Shown here piece by piece: positions 59,059 through 64,000 of a DNA stretch of 64,000 nucleotides (position 1 is its first letter; every line of letters starts with the position of its first letter). Source of the DNA: Raillietiella orientalis. Lineage: Eukaryota. Where the stretch lies: positions 434,001 through 498,000 of the forward strand of contig JAYWIR010000011.1 of assembly GCA_036172245.1 (NCBI GenBank), read 5' to 3'. The translations under genes and the position numbers were made by a program. Below the pieces are notes generated by a model. It ran no database searches and had not been told where the DNA came from. It worked only from the letters and a program-made list of their open reading frames with translations.

Positions 59059-61430
59059 TTAGAAGGAATGTCTAGGAGCTTCGCTCAGCGAGAGAATTTC
59101 TTTGGGGAGGGCGGCGGAGGTATTAATACGTGCATCAGATAGTGGACGTGGCGCCCAGCATTCCAGCTGCTTCTTTACAGCGATCTCGCAAGATACTTCC
59201 CATCTCGCAAGTTCATCGCTATTTTCACTGTGCTGAATTGTATTGAGGGTGGCTGCAAGTGGGATGTTGAGTATCCAGATGCTTTTCCTCGAGCAATCCG
59301 TCACTTCCCGCCATGAGAGGAGAGAATCGCAGCATCGCGATTGCTCCGGGCTCGTGCCGTTTCTTTTCTCCCACGCCTGAGCTGTTTCCTGTTTCCAGGC
59401 ACCACAGTTGGCAGGGCGGGCAGGAAAGCCACCTATTCTCCTGGACCAAGGCAACCGTTTGCTGGAGTTGGAACCCGCATCGGGCAACTCTCGGTGGCCA
59501 TGCACGAGGAACATGCCGAGTTGCTTGGCACCGGCTGCTAGCTTGGCCAGGAGTCTGGCTAGGACGCACCAATGGGTGGTCAAGAACTTCGCCGTTAGGG
59601 CTAATCTTCTACACTGGAGCTGACGCTTCGTCCCCTCCAGCTTCGGGACGCCGGACTCGGCGTCCCGACGCGGTGCGCACAAGTCCTTCAAGCGGACCCG
59701 GGACCTCTGGATTCCTCAGAAGTCGCAGAAGTGTCGTAGTAGATTCCCGATCCGTCTTTTTAGATCTCCGGGTGGAGAGCAAACAAAAAGTAGGGATCGA
59801 AGGAGGGAAGCCACGAACGTTTTCCACAGGACAGTTCGTTCTGGAAAGAGGAACTTGATTCGGACCGAGCACCTATTTTGCGTTTTCAAGGCAACCGGAC
59901 CAAGCTTCCATGACACAGAAGTCTCCCAACGGAACTCACAGGTGCTTGAAGAACCTGACCGTGGGGATCCCCAAACGGACCCGGTCCGATTGCCCTGCCC
60001 ACGACGCGCTAACAGGAAGCACAGTCGGCTTCGCCTTGTTTTCTACACGTGAGGGATGAAGGAAATCCTTCTTTTCTGTCTTCACAGTTCTTCGACACGG
60101 TTGCACGCCACCTGAGGGTGGGTAATTCTTAGGTACCACGGGAGGGGTCCCCCCTATGAATCCAGGAAGGACTCGCAGTCCGTTCCTCTCGCACCTGGGG
60201 AGGGATCCCCGGAAATGGAGATCGCCTCCACCCTGGTTGTCGCCGAAGGGGAATCCAGAAGAGAATCCTCCTTCCTTATTCTCTCCGGAGGGCCCCCGGA
60301 TGCTGTTCCCTCCATTCTTTCTTCTCTGAAGAGAACCCAGAAGGGACGGGCTTTTTTGAAATTCAGAAGGACGCAGCTTCCCCGAAGGGATCGGCTCGCT
60401 TCTCTGCACTCCCTGGAGAGGCGGTGGCGACACACCTGCTCCATCAGTACGACGCGGAGGGTTCCCCCGGAATGGCGGAATGGGGGGTCCGCTCCTCCAC
60501 AACCGGAAGGAAGCTCCCACTCCGTGATTCCTGGAAGGACCCGGAGATCGACTCCCATTTGTCCCGGCCCTCATCGGGGAGCATCCGGTTTCCACCGCTA
60601 CCGGCGCCCCACCCGAATGAATGGAGGCCGACCAGCGTCATCTTGCAGGAGGAGGAACTCGGAATCCACGACGCACTGCGTCGATTCCTTCGGAGTATTC
60701 GAACCCAAGACGCATGTTGCCACGCGCGGAGACCGTTGCCACGGCCTTCAAAGCGGGCCGTGTGGTTCCTCCTAGGACAGACACCCTGAGGCAACAAAAA
60801 AGGAAAAAAGGAGGAAGTGGGTGGTGGGTTGCGTTCTTCTGATCTCCAGAGGGGCAAACAGACCTTTCCGTCGAGTCGCTCACATTTGGAGCCGCAACCA
60901 AAGCAGGGAAGGGCACGGAAGGAGGAGGGAGGAGGAAGGGAAGAGGGGTGGGAAGTCCCTGCTTCGGGCGGGCGCCCGCAGGGACCTCCCTGGTGCATCA
61001 TCTTGAGGAATTCCTCTAGCGATGCTACTGAGACTGACATGGGTAAGAGAAGCATAAGATCGTCAGCACAGGCGGACAAATCAGGAGTGCCAGGGCACGA
61101 GCTGAGAAGCGCAGCAAGAGTTGTCCCGTACGCTCTCAACAACAACTCGAAGTAGATGTTGAAGAGCAACGGGCTCAGGATGTCTCCTTGCCGAATCTTG
61201 CGTCGCACCGGTACGTCGCCCACGTGTCGACTGCTGAAACAAACACTAACAAGAGCGCTGCGCCAGCAAAAGTGCAGGTAGGCCAGGAGGATATCCGGGA
61301 ATCCCACGCGTTCCAGAAGTTGCAAAAGGAGCTCCTGGTCGATCCAGTTGAATGCATTCTGCAAATCGAATGAGATCGCAAGGACTCTCTACTCGACCTG
61401 AATTCCTAGACCCGAGATCCCTGGCCATCT
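59059..61430 (-). mobile_element. L1/Tx1-like ORF2 (RT and thumb) pseudogene, interrupted at about 60050..60985
   Basis: ISFDLQNAFNWID (~DxxKAFD), IRQGDILSPLLFNIYFE and SACADD (~YADD). After the insertion come VENKAK..KHL*VPL (~KYLGI) and LCAPRRDAESGVPKL (~PKxxGGLG). Confidence 0.9.
60061..60750 (-). mobile_element. tRNA-headed SINE-like element, copy 2 (nested in the L1 RT)
   Basis: Reverse complement of 46149..46858, with near-identical peptides in ORFs 46318..46638 + and 59936..60595 -. Confidence 0.85.
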
Positions 61431-61439
61431 TGGAATTCA

Positions 61440-62400
61440 GAATTCTTTTGGCCGACTGGCGAAACCCTTCGTTGGAACTGAGGTCTCAGGAGCTGACCAG
61501 GCTGCTTCCCACCCGAGCGTAGATCGTTTGTGGGTATTCAAACCCTCAACGCTTGGTGCTACGCGCAGGGACAGTAGCCATATGGCCCCAACACTGACCT
61601 CATGCTCGTCTACGAACTGTGGCGCCTGGAAACAGGAAGCAGTTGAAACGCGGACGAAGATGACCGTCACTATCCTGAAGCAACCGCGGCGCATGCAATG
61701 CTTCCATCATGCTCGCTGCTCGTTGCAGACATTGGAAAGCTCTTTGAAGGAAAAGTGGGCGCAAAGCACCACACCTGCAGCAAGCTATTCTCCTTACGGA
61801 GAGTGAGGACGGTGACCAGTCCGCAAGATGGTAACTGTGAAATAGCAGGGAAAAGAGAGAAGTTGGAATGTTGGACGGCGTATCCACTTGCAGACTATTC
61901 CACCATCCCCGTCCAGTGCAAAGGGTTTCTCCGCTGGGAAGATCTATTCGAAATTTCCTTGGAAGGCGTGAAGATTCCTGCTTTTTTTTGTTGACAACTC
62001 CATGTTCTCCCTAAAGTGTCAGGACTTGGCATGGTGACTGCTGTCTTGGGCGCGCCTTGACCACTGCACCGAGGGAAGTGCGGCTACAGACTGTGAGAGG
62101 TGAGGTGCAAGGGAAACCTGTGCTTGCTTTCTGAGTGTGCTGCCCTCCGGAGTGCTATGCAACCTCTGGCTGCGTCCCTGGACCGAACGAGAGACAACAG
62201 AAAAAAATCTCCTGGGAAGCCTCTTCACTCGTGGCGGAATGTCGCTTGCGGCGGAAATCGCAGATTTGTGCTGCTGCCTCCGTGAGAAGCCACGATGAAA
62301 TGCCATGGAAACAGAGACGCCATTCCTCATCATCTTCGCTTTCCCGAGAATGACGATGTCATGACTGCACCGGAGACATAACAAACAAGGAGGAAGTTGC
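61440..62400 (+). mobile_element. Second L1/Tx1-like 3' fragment, inverted relative to the 59-61 kb copy
   Basis: NCGAWKQE and CEIA..LECW..PL.D are shared with ORF 59059..59691. A degenerate zinc knuckle DCER*GARET/LLSECAALRS lies near 62090-62160. Confidence 0.7.
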
Positions 62401-62559
62401 CGAGATACTGTCAAGGATCCTAAAGATACTCCAAGGAGGTGTCGATGATCCCTTTCTTTCCTCCAAAACTTTTAGAAACATTTTGTGTTTTCGTTGTTTA
62501 TTTTGCACTATTGTTTACTCCCCACCTTTATTCTTCATGTGCAAACCTCTGTCGGCAAA

Positions 62560-62745
62560 CTTCATCGGGAGGCCGCCGGCTTTATCCACCGCCGGGGCCA
62601 CGCCCGAATGACTCGGCCAACCAGCGCCGTTGCAGGAGAAACTCGGAAACGACGCAATGGCGTCAAGTTATCTGCCGAAGTATTCGAACCCGCGACGCAT
62701 GGTGCCACGCACGGAAGCCTTAACCACAAAGCCTCCGACGCGGGC
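62560..62745 (-). mobile_element. SINE family copy 3 (head and short body only)
   Basis: Minus strand reads GCCCGCGTCGGAGGCTTTGTGGTTAAGGC...GTGGCACCATGCGTCGCGGGTTCGAATACTTC, with clear A and B boxes. Confidence 0.75.
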
Positions 62746-62879
62746 ATTCTTTTTTGCATCGGCAGTTTAATTAGAAGGATGTTTTTTTTTGTTTTGTTTT
62801 TTTTTGTTTTTGTTTTGTTTTTTTTAGAATGAACGACTTGATGTCGCCGTAGGGACTGCAGAGTTTCAGCCAAGAGAGT

Positions 62880-63950
62880 GGCGGCTTCTCAGACCCACAT
62901 CTTGTGGTCCCTTCTCACTTCCAACAAGGCGACTTTTCCCAGGCTGTGGATGGAGCAAATCAAGATCTTCGTGGCATGAGTTTAGTGCCCACTGTCTCTT
63001 GCCTTCATGCGTTGTAGTTTGTAGGGTGGAAGGAAAGCCATTGATTTTCTTCCCACAAGGAGATCTGCCTTAGTGGGAACCCAAGTGGCTTCGTGCGGTC
63101 TCGGTTGCGAGGTTGTCTCGGTAGCCCATTGCGGGCCTCAGACTTTCGCACACAGGAAGGCCATCAAGGCCATCGTATTGAAATGGAGCTATCGTCTCAT
63201 CTTCTTCAGTGTTAGGATGCCGAGTCCTTCCACCCTTCATGGGACAATGAGATTTCTGACGCGAACCTTCGTTCTTGTGGAGACTCATAGTTCTTTTCGC
63301 AAGAGTCCGTCCGTTTTGCGCCTTTCCTCGTACGGAGGGACGAAGGGTTCGTATGATTCTTTTATAAAGAAAATGTTGTTTCATCTCCATATGGATCTTT
63401 TGTCCCAAAGCAGAGCACTTGCGAGGATTGACTACGAAGCCAGCCTCTGTACATAATACCTTGAGCATTTCACGGGGCAATAGCAGTCCATCTTGAGGTT
63501 CCAACAAGAGCACTAAGTCAGTTGCGTGAGTTAAGATGAGATCTCTCAGGAAAAACCGCTCCAGCTTTCATAAAATGAGTTCACTTCCAGCAAGGATATT
63601 GAAAACCCTGCACCACCCCTCTTATCAGTGGAGTGTTCCATGTGGGTTCGAACCTAGAGTACACTCAAGTTACCCACTCCTGAATAGAAGTCTCCAGTTA
63701 GGGAAACGACGGTCTTGCACCATCTCCACTCTCTCTCAGTGTTTCTAGCAAAAGTGCGTGAGAGACTGATCCCAAGACATCCTCCAAAGCAATAAACACT
63801 ACATAGATGTCCTTGGATTTTATCTTCACTTCATATAGCTTATTCTGGAGATGAAGTTCTCAAGAATCTCGTTGAAGAGGGGAAATACACTACAGAGGGT
63901 GCGCTTGCGAAACGTCTGCTCTTCTCCGTTGTGACCGGGTGAAAAAGCAG
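62880..63950 (-). mobile_element. Decayed R2/R4/NeSL-like reverse transcriptase relic
   Basis: IYVVFIALEDVLGSVSHALLLETL (~DxxxAFxSVxH), GVVQG, LTHATDLVLLL (~YADDLVL) and AGFVVNPRKCSAL. Confidence 0.7.
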
Positions 63951-64000
63951 AGACTACGACCTAAGCGGATTGCATGTTTGTTGCTTCATGTTATTCTGAA

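Overview
Eukaryotic, most likely arthropod, genomic DNA: it has spliceosomal introns, and the PIP4K C-terminus is of the insect/crustacean type. The window is a sharp compositional mosaic. Positions 1 to about 36.8 kb are very GC- and CpG-rich (roughly 65-70% GC by eye). About 36.9-42 kb and 52.2-54 kb are AT-rich and CpG-poor, and the rest is intermediate. Three protein-coding genes could be rebuilt exon by exon. (1) A small secreted ZP-N-only protein on + (27298..31650, about 181 aa, CG10005-like, ending RVRRAEARGEL). (2) A type II phosphatidylinositol-5-phosphate 4-kinase on + (40994..50608, 6 exons, 422 aa). (3) A convergent MMADHC/CblD cobalamin-trafficking gene on - (52478 to about 54809, 5' exons tentative). 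These genes contain unusually small introns of 37, 45, 45, 47, 51, 59 and 59 nt next to multi-kb introns. Mobile DNA includes a decayed hAT transposon next to the MMADHC promoter, nested L1/Tx1-like and R2-like RT relics at 56-64 kb, and a four-copy tRNA-headed SINE family with an internal ~40-nt subrepeat. Many heavily decayed, GC-rich L1-like relics occur in the left half. Other structures are an apparently perfect 506-bp inverted repeat with diverged flanks, a decayed intron-containing partial copy of the ZP gene, several long hairpins, and candidate alternative first exons of an unidentified minus-strand gene. Most long ORFs in the GC-rich half are compositional artefacts. No CRISPR array, rRNA or prokaryotic system was seen, and I found no clearly new multi-gene system.
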